Origin: Candidatus Baldrarchaeota archaeon
GTDB lineage: Archaea > Asgardarchaeota > Baldrarchaeia > Baldrarchaeales > DXJG01
Assembly (NCBI GenBank): GCA_019056805.1
Contig: DXJG01000002.1
Span: 30,517-62,516, forward strand
Direction: 5' to 3'
DNA length: 32,000 bases
The notes beneath the pieces were generated by a model. It worked only from the letters and a program-made list of their open reading frames with translations, did no database searches and was not told the DNA's origin. This document shows positions 1 to 8,346 of this stretch, in pieces (within the stretch, counting starts at the first letter, position 1; each line of letters starts with the position of its first letter). Made by a program: the position numbers and the translations under genes.

Positions 1-2
1 AT

Positions 3-857
3 GTGGTTATTGTAGAAAATAATCCTAATAGTCCATTCTACGGACATGAGTTAGTTAAACCTGTAACGGTAATTGATGCTCCCCCATTAGTGGCATGTGC
101 AGTTAGAGCTTATGAACAAACTCCCTATGGTCTTAGATCAATAGGAGAAGCTTGGGTGAGTGATTTAAATAAGGATTTGAGCCGAGTGTTTCCAATTCCA
201 AAAAACTATGATACTGATAAGGCATTTAAAAAATTAGAAGAGGAAATGAATAGAATAGTTGAGTTGAGGCTTATAGTTCACACCCAGCCAAGAATGGCAT
301 CAGGTGTACCGAAAAAGAAGCCTGAAGTTATGGAATACAAAATATCTGGAGGAACTATAGAAGAACAGTTTGAATATGCAAAAAACCTTCTAGGAAATGA
401 AATAAAAGTCAAGGATGTTCTTAAAGAAGGAAGTTTCGTAGACGTCATAGCTATAACTAAAGGCAAGGGATTTCAAGGTGTTATAGCAAGATGGGGAGTT
501 AGAAGAAAACAGCATAAATCAAGAAAAACCGTTAGAGAGGTTGCAGCAATAGGTGCTTGGCATCCTGCAAGAGTCCGGTACACCGTACCTCGAGCTGGAC
601 AAATGGGCTATCATCAAAGAACGGAATATAATAAATTAGTGTTAAAAATAGGAGAAAACGGTCAGGAAGTAACTCCACTAGGAGGATTTCCACGATACGG
701 TATAGTACGAGGCGATTATGTAATGCTCTTAGGATCTTGCCCTGGAACAGTAAAACGTTTAGTTAGACTTCGACACGCAATTCGCCCGCCTAAAGAAGTT
801 ACTGCGGAGGCTCCGAAAGTGCTGTATATTAGCACTTCATCTAAACAAGGTAAATAG
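3..857 (+). CDS. rpl3: 50S ribosomal protein uL3, 5'-truncated by the window edge
   Basis: DVIAITKGKGFQGVIARWG, GAWHP and AGQMGYHQRTEYNK motifs; first gene of the L3-L4-L23-L2 order. The true start lies upstream of the window. Confidence 0.97.
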   Translation: MVIVENNPNSPFYGHELVKPVTVIDAPPLVACAVRAYEQTPYGLRSIGEAWVSDLNKDLSRVFPIPKNYDTDKAFKKLEEEMNRIVELRLIVHTQPRMASGVPKKKPEVMEYKISGGTIEEQFEYAKNLLGNEIKVKDVLKEGSFVDVIAITKGKGFQGVIARWGVRRKQHKSRKTVREVAAIGAWHPARVRYTVPRAGQMGYHQRTEYNKLVLKIGENGQEVTPLGGFPRYGIVRGDYVMLLGSCPGTVKRLVRLRHAIRPPKEVTAEAPKVLYISTSSKQGK

Positions 858-867
858 TGGGGGGTAG

Positions 868-1650
868 TTGATGAAGGTTCACGTTTACGACTTGGAAGCT
901 AAACCAGTAGAAGAAATAGCATTACCGCGTGTATTTACAACTCCGTTCAGACCAGATCTTATAAGACGAGCAGTAATATCCTCTATTTCGATGCGTATAC
1001 AGCCCTACGGAGTTGATAAAATGGCTGGCAAACGTACAACAGCGGAATCATGGGGACCCGGATACGGTGTAGCCAGAGTTCCGAGAATTAAGGGAAGACA
1101 TTACCCTGCGGCAGCACGCGCAGCTCTTGCTCCCATGACAGTTGGAGGTAGGAGGACTCATCCTCCAGTCCCAGAAAAGAAAATTAAAGAAAAAATAAAC
1201 AAAAAAGAAAAAAGACTAGCATTATTTTCAGCTATAGCTGCAACCGCGATTCCAGAAATAGTTAAAGCACGCGGCCACATTATTGATCAAATACCCGAAC
1301 TTCCACTAATCGTATCGGATGAACTTCAAAAACTCCAAGAAACAAAAGAAACAAGAGAAGTATTTATTAAATTAGGGATTTGGCCAGACATTATTAGAGC
1401 TAAGAACAGAAAAAGAATAAGAGCAGGAAAAGGAAAAATGCGTGGAAGAAAATATAAAAAAGCCAAGGGCCCATTAATTGTTATAAGTGAAGATGAAGGT
1501 ATTTTAAAAGCCGCCAGAAATCATCCAGGTGTTGATATTATTCGTGTAGACTTACTTAACGTAGAACTCTTAGCACCAGGAGCTCATCCCGGCCGATTAA
1601 CCATATGGACAAAATCTGCAATTGAACAACTAAACAACCTTCGACTATAG
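868..1650 (+). CDS. rpl4: 50S ribosomal protein uL4
   Basis: [23 protein letters not shown] and [14 protein letters not shown] motifs; GGGGG RBS upstream; start is TTG 868 or ATG 871. Confidence 0.97.
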   Translation: MMKVHVYDLEAKPVEEIALPRVFTTPFRPDLIRRAVISSISMRIQPYGVDKMAGKRTTAESWGPGYGVARVPRIKGRHYPAAARAALAPMTVGGRRTHPPVPEKKIKEKINKKEKRLALFSAIAATAIPEIVKARGHIIDQIPELPLIVSDELQKLQETKETREVFIKLGIWPDIIRAKNRKRIRAGKGKMRGRKYKKAKGPLIVISEDEGILKAARNHPGVDIIRVDLLNVELLAPGAHPGRLTIWTKSAIEQLNNLRL

Positions 1651-1661
1651 GAGGTTTATTT

Positions 1662-1928
1662 ATGGAATTTGATCCACACAAAGTAATTATAGCTCCAGTA
1701 GTTACCGAAGCAGCATTGGAACTCGTAGAAAATGAAAACAAACTTACATTCATAGTTGACCGAAGGGCCAACAAAATAACTATCAAGAGAGCAGTTGAAG
1801 AACTCTTTAAGGTTAAAGTAGAGAAAGTAAATACATTAATAACACCTGATGGTCGTAAGAAAGCATATGTTAAATTAAGTCCTGAGTACAGTGCAGCTGA
1901 TATTGCAACCAAACTTGGTATTTTCTAA
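1662..1928 (+). CDS. rpl23: 50S ribosomal protein uL23
   Basis: NKLTFIVD...KVNTLIT...KKAYVKL pattern; GGAGG RBS; operon position. Confidence 0.96.
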   Translation: MEFDPHKVIIAPVVTEAALELVENENKLTFIVDRRANKITIKRAVEELFKVKVEKVNTLITPDGRKKAYVKLSPEYSAADIATKLGIF

Positions 1929-1944
1929 TTGGAGGTAATTAAAC

Positions 1945-2673
1945 ATGGGTAAAAGAATTCTTGTTCAAAGAAGAGGACGTGGAAGCCCTACATTTAGGGC
2001 AAATACTCACAAGCGAAGAGGAAAAGTTAAATATCGTCCACTTTCAGATGTAGAAAGTAAAGGTAAAATTGCGGGTAGAATAATCGAACTTCTTCATGAT
2101 CCTGGACGAGGAGCTCCTGTCGCACGCGTAATGTTTGAAGATGGAGACGAAAGACTTGTTCTTGTACCAGAAGGATCTTATGTAGGTCAACTTATAGAAT
2201 GTGGAATCGAAGCACCGATAAAACCTGGAAATGTACTCCCTCTTGCTCAAATTCCTGAGGGAACTATCGTGTGCAATATTGAAGGAGTTCCTGGAGATGG
2301 CGGAAAATTCGCCAGAGCATCAGGAACTTACGGCATAGTCGTCACACATACCGTTGATAAAACATATGTCCAGCTTCCTTCTGGTAAAGTAAAAGCTTTC
2401 AACCCAGCGTGCAGAGCGACAATAGGGCTTGTCGCTGGAGGAGGAAGAACAGAAAAACCTTTCGTCAAGGCAGGTAAAAAATATCATCTGGTGAAAGCCA
2501 AAGGATGGAAGTGGCCAATAGTGAGAGGCGTAGCTATGAACGCATGTTCACATCCGCATGGTGGTGGCAGCCATCAATCACCAGGCAAACCAACAACAGT
2601 ACCCAGAACAGCCCCTCCAGGCAGAAAAGTCGGTCACATAGCTGCTCGTAGAACTGGAAGGAAGAAGAGGTAA
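1945..2673 (+). CDS. rpl2: 50S ribosomal protein uL2
   Basis: [14 protein letters not shown]-terminus, [33 protein letters not shown]; GGAGGT RBS. Confidence 0.98.
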   Translation: MGKRILVQRRGRGSPTFRANTHKRRGKVKYRPLSDVESKGKIAGRIIELLHDPGRGAPVARVMFEDGDERLVLVPEGSYVGQLIECGIEAPIKPGNVLPLAQIPEGTIVCNIEGVPGDGGKFARASGTYGIVVTHTVDKTYVQLPSGKVKAFNPACRATIGLVAGGGRTEKPFVKAGKKYHLVKAKGWKWPIVRGVAMNACSHPHGGGSHQSPGKPTTVPRTAPPGRKVGHIAARRTGRKKR

Positions 2674-2705
2674 TTTTTACTTTTGAAATTCTTTCTACTT
2701 TTAAA
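2674..2705 (+). terminator. Putative oligo-T archaeal terminator ending the ribosomal protein cluster
   Basis: Several T runs (TTTTT, TTTT, CTTT, CTTTT) directly after the rpl2 stop. Confidence 0.4.
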
Positions 2706-2740
2706 GTTTAAGTATTATTGAGATATTTCAGATATATTCC

Positions 2741-2795
2741 CAAGCTATTTATAATACCACTCTCTCTTCTTTTTCAGCTAAAATTGAATGGAGGT
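2741..2795 (+). promoter_or_regulatory. Putative TATA box (TTTATAA, 2748-2754) and RBS (GGAGGT, 2790-2795) of the cdrS-ftsZ operon
   Basis: Consensus-like TATA about 46 nt and SD 5 nt upstream of ATG 2801. Confidence 0.5.
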
Positions 2796-2800
2796 CTTCA

Positions 2801-2968
2801 ATGAAACTAATTACTGTACACTTGCCTGAAGCTTACCTTAAGGGATTAGACAAACTAGTTAAACGTAGAATGTACCCAAATCGCAGCGAAGCAATCAGAA
2901 TAGCCATCAGAGATCTTTTAAAAAGAGAACTTTGGGAACAGGTCAAACTATGGGGGGATAGACTTTGA
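2801..2968 (+). CDS. cdrS: Ribbon-helix-helix (CopG/MetJ) regulator, CdrS-like, 55 aa; absent from the ORF track
   Basis: Hand translation MKLITVHLPEAYLKGLDKLVKRRMYPNRSEAIRIAIRDLLKRELWEQVKLWGDRL: beta strand plus YPNRSEAIR helix pattern; strong RBS; TGA overlaps the ftsZ TTG start (TTGA, 2965-2968). Confidence 0.85.
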   Translation: MKLITVHLPEAYLKGLDKLVKRRMYPNRSEAIRIAIRDLLKRELWEQVKLWGDRL

Positions 2969-4167
2969 AAACGTTAATAAAAGATGCCCTAAATCATTCT
3001 AAAGTAGAAAAAACCAGAACATATGTAAGAGAGCCTGGAAGAGCCAGAATAGTCGTCGTAGGAGCTGGTGGTGCAGGAAATAACACAGTAAACAGATTGA
3101 TGACAATCGGCATACAAGGTGCCGAGTGTATAGCAGTAAATACCGATAAACAACATTTAGATAGTGTAAAGGCCCACAGAAAAATTTTGATAGGCGAAAA
3201 CCTCACAAGAGGTCTTGGAGCTGGAGGATTCCCCGAAATCGGTGCAGCGGCTGCAGAAGAAAGTCGAGACATGCTTACTGAAGCTTTAAGCGACTCTGAT
3301 TTGGTCTTTATAACCTACGGGCTCGGAGGCGGAACTGGAACTGGAAGTGGTCCAATAATAGCTGAAATAGCAAAGGAAATAGGAGCTATAGTTGTAGGAG
3401 TCGTCACAATGCCATTTAAGGTTGAACGCGCACGGATAAAAAGAGCAAAAGAGGGACTAAGAAAATTAATTAGAAAAGCAGATACTGTTGTAGTTATTGA
3501 TAATAATCGTTTATTAGAAATAGCGCCAGATTTACCTATTGATGAAGCGTTTAGTGTTGCCGATGAAATACTGGCAAATATGGTAAAAGGAATCACAGAG
3601 ACTATTGCCTTGCCTTCTCTAATAAACCTTGATTATGCTGACGTAAGAACCATTATGAGTAACGGTGAAGTTGCAATGGTAGGCTTAGGTGAAAGTAGTG
3701 GTCATGATCGGGCAAAGGAAGCTGTTATTGATGCGTTACAAAATCCTCTTTTAGATATAGATATAACTGGCGCCAAAGGAGCACTTATTCATGTAAGTGG
3801 CGGGCCTGATATGAGTTTACGAGAAGCTGAGAGATGTGCTGAGATAGTAGTTGAAAAAATGGATCCAAATGCACAAATCATTTGGGGAGCCAGGGTAGAC
3901 CCACATCTAGAAGATTTATTACGTGTCATTCTCATAGTTACAGGTGTTAAAAGCCCTCACTTACTCGGTCCTAATGATGGTGGTAATTTAGAGCTTTTTG
4001 AGGAAGAGTTCGGAGGATTAGAAGAGGACTTATACTTTGGTATGCCTGGAAAAGCTGAAATTAAAAGCTTTAGTGATGTTAGAGCTCTATTAGATGGGAA
4101 AAAACCATCGCTTGCATTAAAAGAAGGAAAGCTAGACTTGAAGAAACTAGTGGACCCTTTGGATTAA
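2965..4167 (+). CDS. ftsZ: Cell division GTPase FtsZ (FtsZ2-like)
   Basis: GAGGAGNN, GLGAGG, tubulin signature GLGGGTGTG, T7 loop PSLINLDYADV, IIWGAR; upstream RHH gene. Confidence 0.96.
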   Translation: MKTLIKDALNHSKVEKTRTYVREPGRARIVVVGAGGAGNNTVNRLMTIGIQGAECIAVNTDKQHLDSVKAHRKILIGENLTRGLGAGGFPEIGAAAAEESRDMLTEALSDSDLVFITYGLGGGTGTGSGPIIAEIAKEIGAIVVGVVTMPFKVERARIKRAKEGLRKLIRKADTVVVIDNNRLLEIAPDLPIDEAFSVADEILANMVKGITETIALPSLINLDYADVRTIMSNGEVAMVGLGESSGHDRAKEAVIDALQNPLLDIDITGAKGALIHVSGGPDMSLREAERCAEIVVEKMDPNAQIIWGARVDPHLEDLLRVILIVTGVKSPHLLGPNDGGNLELFEEEFGGLEEDLYFGMPGKAEIKSFSDVRALLDGKKPSLALKEGKLDLKKLVDPLD

Positions 4168-4307
4168 CCACTCAGATTTCCGATACTAAACAAGCATAAC
4201 AACTATATAATGACAATTATTTGTATAAATAAATCTTCATGGCTTTTAGAATATACATTCATTATATGTAACTAGTAACTTCTTAACATTTAGGAGCATA
4301 TGTATTC

Positions 4308-4739
4308 TTATTTTTTCATCTCTTCTATGAATTCATCGTATATTCGTTTTACTCTTTCAGCCAGCGGGCCTTCTCCTTCTACTCCATTTTCTGTAACTTT
4401 TATTTTATTAAATACAAGGATTATTCCAGCCTCCTCAAGGATTTTTACTGCTCCTTTCTGTGGAAATACTTTTTCTAGCTTTTGTGCAAGAGCCTTGAGA
4501 TTAAATGGTTCCTCAGCCTCTATTATTTCTGCAACGTTATGACCATATATGAATACTTTATGGTAGGTGTTTCCCTCGCTATCTTTTACATCCGATAAAC
4601 ATAAACTCAAACTCTTGTCATCATATCCCTCAAATTTTCCAGTGTACCTTTTTCCTGAAACAGTAATTACGTTTACATGTGTTCCAAGCATTGTTGCAAG
4701 TTCTTTAAAGAATCTTCTAGTTATAGCACTATCTATCAT
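4308..4739 (-). CDS. Sm-like archaeal protein with C-terminal extension (SmAP3-type Lsm)
   Basis: N-terminal Sm1/Sm2 pattern (VNVITVSGKRYTGKFEGYD...VFIYGHNVAEI) plus an ~65 aa C-terminal domain; GGAGG RBS upstream. Confidence 0.8.
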   Translation of the reverse strand: MIDSAITRRFFKELATMLGTHVNVITVSGKRYTGKFEGYDDKSLSLCLSDVKDSEGNTYHKVFIYGHNVAEIIEAEEPFNLKALAQKLEKVFPQKGAVKILEEAGIILVFNKIKVTENGVEGEGPLAERVKRIYDEFIEEMKK

Positions 4740-5284
4740 GTGAAATACCTCCTTTTGTTTTAATTGAGTAATTCAACAGTGTTAATTATTTTTACATTAA
4801 TAACACTTACTCACTGCAGGGTAAGAAACTGTTAATTATGAAGCTTTTTCTTTAAACTAATAAATTTGATTGAAAGATGTCTTTGTGAATATTGATAAAA
4901 GTAAGAAAGAAATACTGAAACATATTTTGACACAGTTCTTTTACATGTATCAAATAACAAAAAGGAAAATGAGTACCCTTTTCATTAGGTTATTCATTAA
5001 TACAGAAGTTTTGAAAAATTTCTATTAACCTTTCTCTTTTAATTGTTAGAAAATATTGACGATTATTTCTTTCATAAGTAATGTGAAGTCGTGGAGATTT
5101 TCAGTAATTGTTGAAATTTATTCTTATAATTTTCTTTACTTTCAAGAAACTCTCTTTCTCCTCTTTCATATGTTTTTCTAATTTATGGCCATGAAGGTTA
5201 AACAGAAACTAGTTTCGTTTAATACTTATAGTTGGTATCAAAAAGACAGAAAAATCGGTTTTTTAATCTTATTTTGGGCTAAAA

Positions 5285-6325
5285 ATGAAGAAAGATAGAA
5301 TATCTTGCTTCGAGTGTAAAGGTGAAGTTGTTATTCACAATGGTCAGTATGTCTGCTCAAATTGTGGACTAGTTATTGGACCGGAGTACCTTCCCCCTAT
5401 TGTAGAGTTTAGTTCCACGGAGGATAGTTTAGGTATTTCTTCTAAACAATATGTATCACTCGGATCCCGAGTTCACATAGTAGATGGATTAGGAAGCTAC
5501 ATAGATTATCATATGACTCCATTTTTTAAAGACAGTCATGGCGAGTCTCTTGTTCCATTCAAACAACGTCTATTTAGAAGGCTAAAATATATGTACGACT
5601 TAAGAACAAGGATTAGCGGGAATGAAACTAATTACAGAGCATTAAGGACTTTAAACAGGGCGTGTCGTGTCCTTCAATTGCCAGATTCTGTAAGAGACAG
5701 AGCAGCATATTATTATCAAAAAATTTCCAAAAAATATGATAAATTAAAAGAAGATTCAACGAATCATATAGTTCTTGCAGCTGCATGTCTTCTTTTTGCT
5801 ATAAGAGAATATAAGCACATAGCTCCCGTGACAATCCAAGAGTTAGTTGAAGTTTTTAAAAACATGGGACATCGCGTAAGCGTACGTCGTGTAGTCAGAG
5901 AAATCACCGTTGTGAAAAAGATAGTAAACGCAAAGAATTACGTAAGAAAAAGCGAAGATTATATTTACAGAATTATCTCAGCGATTATAAATTCGAAAGA
6001 TGTGATCATGCAACTACAATCCCTAAACATTCCTTATGACCATTTTAAACGATTACTATTAAAAGAAACACTAAAACTGCTTCGAAGTCTAAATTTCTCT
6101 ATCCGAAAAGGACGGAATCCTTACATACTAGCCGTTGCTTCAGTCTATGCAGCATCTAAGAAAATATCATCCCAATTAGGCACTAAACGGATTCTAACTC
6201 AAAAACTTGTAGCAAAACTCTCCGGAGTTGCTGAATATAGTGTCAGAGATCATTATTGCTCTCTTTTAAAGAAAATTATAGAAAAGCAAGGAGACAATAA
6301 ACTTGAAGCCAGACCAATTCAATAA
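5285..6325 (+). CDS. tfb: Transcription initiation factor B (TFB/TFIIB) paralog, divergent
   Basis: Zn ribbon CFEC-x12-CSNC; two cyclin-like repeats (LQLPDSVRDRAAYYY; GRNPYILAVASVYAA; LTQKLVAKLSGVAEYSVRDHY). Confidence 0.85.
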   Translation: MKKDRISCFECKGEVVIHNGQYVCSNCGLVIGPEYLPPIVEFSSTEDSLGISSKQYVSLGSRVHIVDGLGSYIDYHMTPFFKDSHGESLVPFKQRLFRRLKYMYDLRTRISGNETNYRALRTLNRACRVLQLPDSVRDRAAYYYQKISKKYDKLKEDSTNHIVLAAACLLFAIREYKHIAPVTIQELVEVFKNMGHRVSVRRVVREITVVKKIVNAKNYVRKSEDYIYRIISAIINSKDVIMQLQSLNIPYDHFKRLLLKETLKLLRSLNFSIRKGRNPYILAVASVYAASKKISSQLGTKRILTQKLVAKLSGVAEYSVRDHYCSLLKKIIEKQGDNKLEARPIQ

Positions 6326-7871
6326 TTTATCCAAAGATCAGATTTTAGATCAATATACGGTGGGACCCTACATTGTAACCATACTATCAACTAGCGATCG
6401 GAGTTTCCACAATATGTATACTTATTCTTCAATTCTTGAATTATCTCCCTCCCTAAAAGGTATATTTTACCTAACAGTCCAACACCTTGTGTCTAGTGGA
6501 GAGTCAATATCTTCCTTGCTATTTGACCAAATTTTAGCTGACAAGATAGAAACAGCAAAACTTTTTATAAAAAACACCAAAATTCAACTCTCAAATGACA
6601 TTATTCAGAAATTAGCCGAACTTTCAACATTTAAATCTATGAATTTAGAGAAATTATTTCCTTTTTTACTTGACGAAAATATAGAAGAAATTTTTCTTGA
6701 TTCCCTTAGTTCCCCAATTTATTTAGATCACAGAAAATGGGGAAGGTGTCTAACAGATACCTACCTTTCCGAACGAGAGCTTGAAAGTTTTATTACTCTA
6801 ATAAGAGCTAACAGTGGGTACAGACTTGATACAACAAACCCTTCATTAAAAACAGAATTAATTACAAAACGCTTTCATGTTAGAGTATCACTTGATATAC
6901 ATCCATTAGTTGTTGACAAAGTTCATTTAGATATTAGAAAAGTTAGAAGAAAAGTCTTTACCCTACCAGAATTGATTGCCAATGGAACAATTTCTCCTGA
7001 CATCTGTGCGTACGTTTATTTTTGTTTGCTACGTAGAAGAAATATCACTGTAACAGGAGAACCAGGAGCTGGGAAGACTACTCTAATAAATGCTTTTGAC
7101 ATTCTGACTCCACCTGATTGGAGAAAAATAACAATAGAAGATGTTATCGAAAGTATTCCACAACTTAAATACGGGAAACACCAAGTAAGATTTAAGGTGG
7201 AACCATACGAAGAAGGCGAGAAAAAATATAGCAAATCAAGTGAAATAATTAAATTGTTACACAGATCTCCAGACTACATCTACTTGGGAGAAATCCAAAC
7301 AAAAGAACATAGTAAAGCTATGTTTCACGCTTTAAGTGCAGGTTTAACAGGTCTGCAAACCTGTCATTCAGCAGGTCCTGAGGACCTGCTATTACGTTGG
7401 CTTTTTCATCATAAAATTCCGATAATAGCGTTTCAATCACTTGATATAATTATTCATACCAAAAGGATTAAAATCAACGGAAAATATGTTAGGCGAATTA
7501 TCCGAGTTTGCGAGTTGGATATGCCTAAAAAGGTAAAATTCAACCTCAATCTTCACGAAATACGTATAATTGATATATTTAAGTGGAATCCTGCCACGGA
7601 TATCCATGAACAATACTTCGATGATCTATATAACACACCAACGATTCAAAAAATTAGGAAATACGAAAAATTGGATAAAAAGCAATTTTACAACGAAATA
7701 GAAATGCTTTACAACATTTTTAAGATATTAGCTGAAAGAAAAATCTTTGATGTAACAAAAATAGTTAAGTTTTTTGATTATATTAATAGAGTACATGCAA
7801 AATGGAGAAGAAGAGAAGCAGACTTAGAACAAATATTATCCAAGTTTTTCAAAGCGAATATTGTGGTTTAA
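6303..7871 (+). CDS. Type II/IV secretion (VirB11/TadA/PilB-like) ATPase
   Basis: Walker A GEPGAGKTT, Asp box TIEDVIE, Walker B RSPDYIYLGE, partial His box QTCHS; overlaps the tfb 3' end by 23 nt; start uncertain. Confidence 0.85.
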   Translation: MKPDQFNNLSKDQILDQYTVGPYIVTILSTSDRSFHNMYTYSSILELSPSLKGIFYLTVQHLVSSGESISSLLFDQILADKIETAKLFIKNTKIQLSNDIIQKLAELSTFKSMNLEKLFPFLLDENIEEIFLDSLSSPIYLDHRKWGRCLTDTYLSERELESFITLIRANSGYRLDTTNPSLKTELITKRFHVRVSLDIHPLVVDKVHLDIRKVRRKVFTLPELIANGTISPDICAYVYFCLLRRRNITVTGEPGAGKTTLINAFDILTPPDWRKITIEDVIESIPQLKYGKHQVRFKVEPYEEGEKKYSKSSEIIKLLHRSPDYIYLGEIQTKEHSKAMFHALSAGLTGLQTCHSAGPEDLLLRWLFHHKIPIIAFQSLDIIIHTKRIKINGKYVRRIIRVCELDMPKKVKFNLNLHEIRIIDIFKWNPATDIHEQYFDDLYNTPTIQKIRKYEKLDKKQFYNEIEMLYNIFKILAERKIFDVTKIVKFFDYINRVHAKWRRREADLEQILSKFFKANIVV

Positions 7872-7905
7872 ATATTGAAATAATCACTAATTAAGGGATA
7901 TTGAA

Positions 7906-8121
7906 ATGAAAAAAGAACTATTGAACATAACTCGATTGCTAAAGGATGAAAAAGCTTCACCTTTAATCGAAGAAGGATTACTTATAGGTTTATCCCTAAT
8001 AATAATAGCTATAATTGTAGGAATCGTACTACGTACTATGGGGTGGACCCAAGATATTTTTAACTCTATTTTAGAACAACTTGAAGAAATCAAAAAATCT
8101 ATATCCCAAATGTTCAGTTAA
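7906..8121 (+). CDS. Small type IV pilin-like protein with class III signal peptide
   Basis: Charged leader ending DEKA, then SPLIEEGLLIGLSLIIIAIIVGIVL (Glu at +5 and a hydrophobic helix); directly after the secretion ATPase. Confidence 0.7.
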   Translation: MKKELLNITRLLKDEKASPLIEEGLLIGLSLIIIAIIVGIVLRTMGWTQDIFNSILEQLEEIKKSISQMFS

Positions 8122-8166
8122 ACCAAAAATTAGAGTTTTCTGGGTAATTGGTGCCGCGGCCGGGAT

Positions 8167-8196
8167 TTATCCACACTCGAGGTAAGCTCGAGTGTT
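8167..8196 (-). other. 30-nt tRNA intron in the T loop (position 58/59)
   Basis: 9-bp stem ACACTCGAG/CTCGAGTGT; BHB-like helix GTTC/GGAT flanked by two AAA bulges; excision restores TTCAAAT. Confidence 0.85.
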
Positions 8197-8219
8197 TTGA
8201 ACCCGGGTCCAGGGCTCGA

Positions 8220-8250
8220 ATGACCTGAGGGTTGCTATTCAACTCCTCAT
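8220..8250 (-). other. 31-nt tRNA intron within the anticodon (position 34/35)
   Basis: Intron stem TGAGG/CCTCA plus GTTG/CAAC; central helix GGCC/GGTC; bulges TCA and ATT; cleavage after the second bulge nucleotide gives anticodon CTC. Confidence 0.8.
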
Positions 8251-8346
8251 GAGGCCCCGATGCTTGGCCGGGCTACACCACCGCGGCACAAACTAAATTT
8301 TAAACAGTGATCAAATAAACCTTTTGTTAGATAAGGTAATTTTATA

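Larger units (their letters stand above)
8149..8287 (-). tRNA. tRNA-Glu(CTC) with two introns and encoded CCA
   Basis: After removing both introns the minus strand reads GCCGCGG TG GTGTAGCCCGGCCAAGCAT C GGGGC CTCTCGA GCCCT GGAC CCGGG TTCAAAT CCCGG CCGCGGC A CCA (78 nt, full cloverleaf). Confidence 0.88.

Noticed and set aside
4740-5284. Hidden small gene in the 545-nt AT-rich gap
   Set aside because: Only very short frames were found (e.g. 22 aa on the minus strand from 5169), with no RBS or motif; most likely divergent promoter DNA.
8244-8256. tRNA-Met or Ile2 (CAT) call
   Set aside because: CAT spans the exon/intron junction; BHB geometry and the tRNA body support Glu.
4740-8287. tfb-ATPase-pilin block as an element integrated at tRNA-Glu
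   Set aside because: No integrase and no duplicated tRNA 3' fragment (att site) visible in 4740-5284 or elsewhere in the window.
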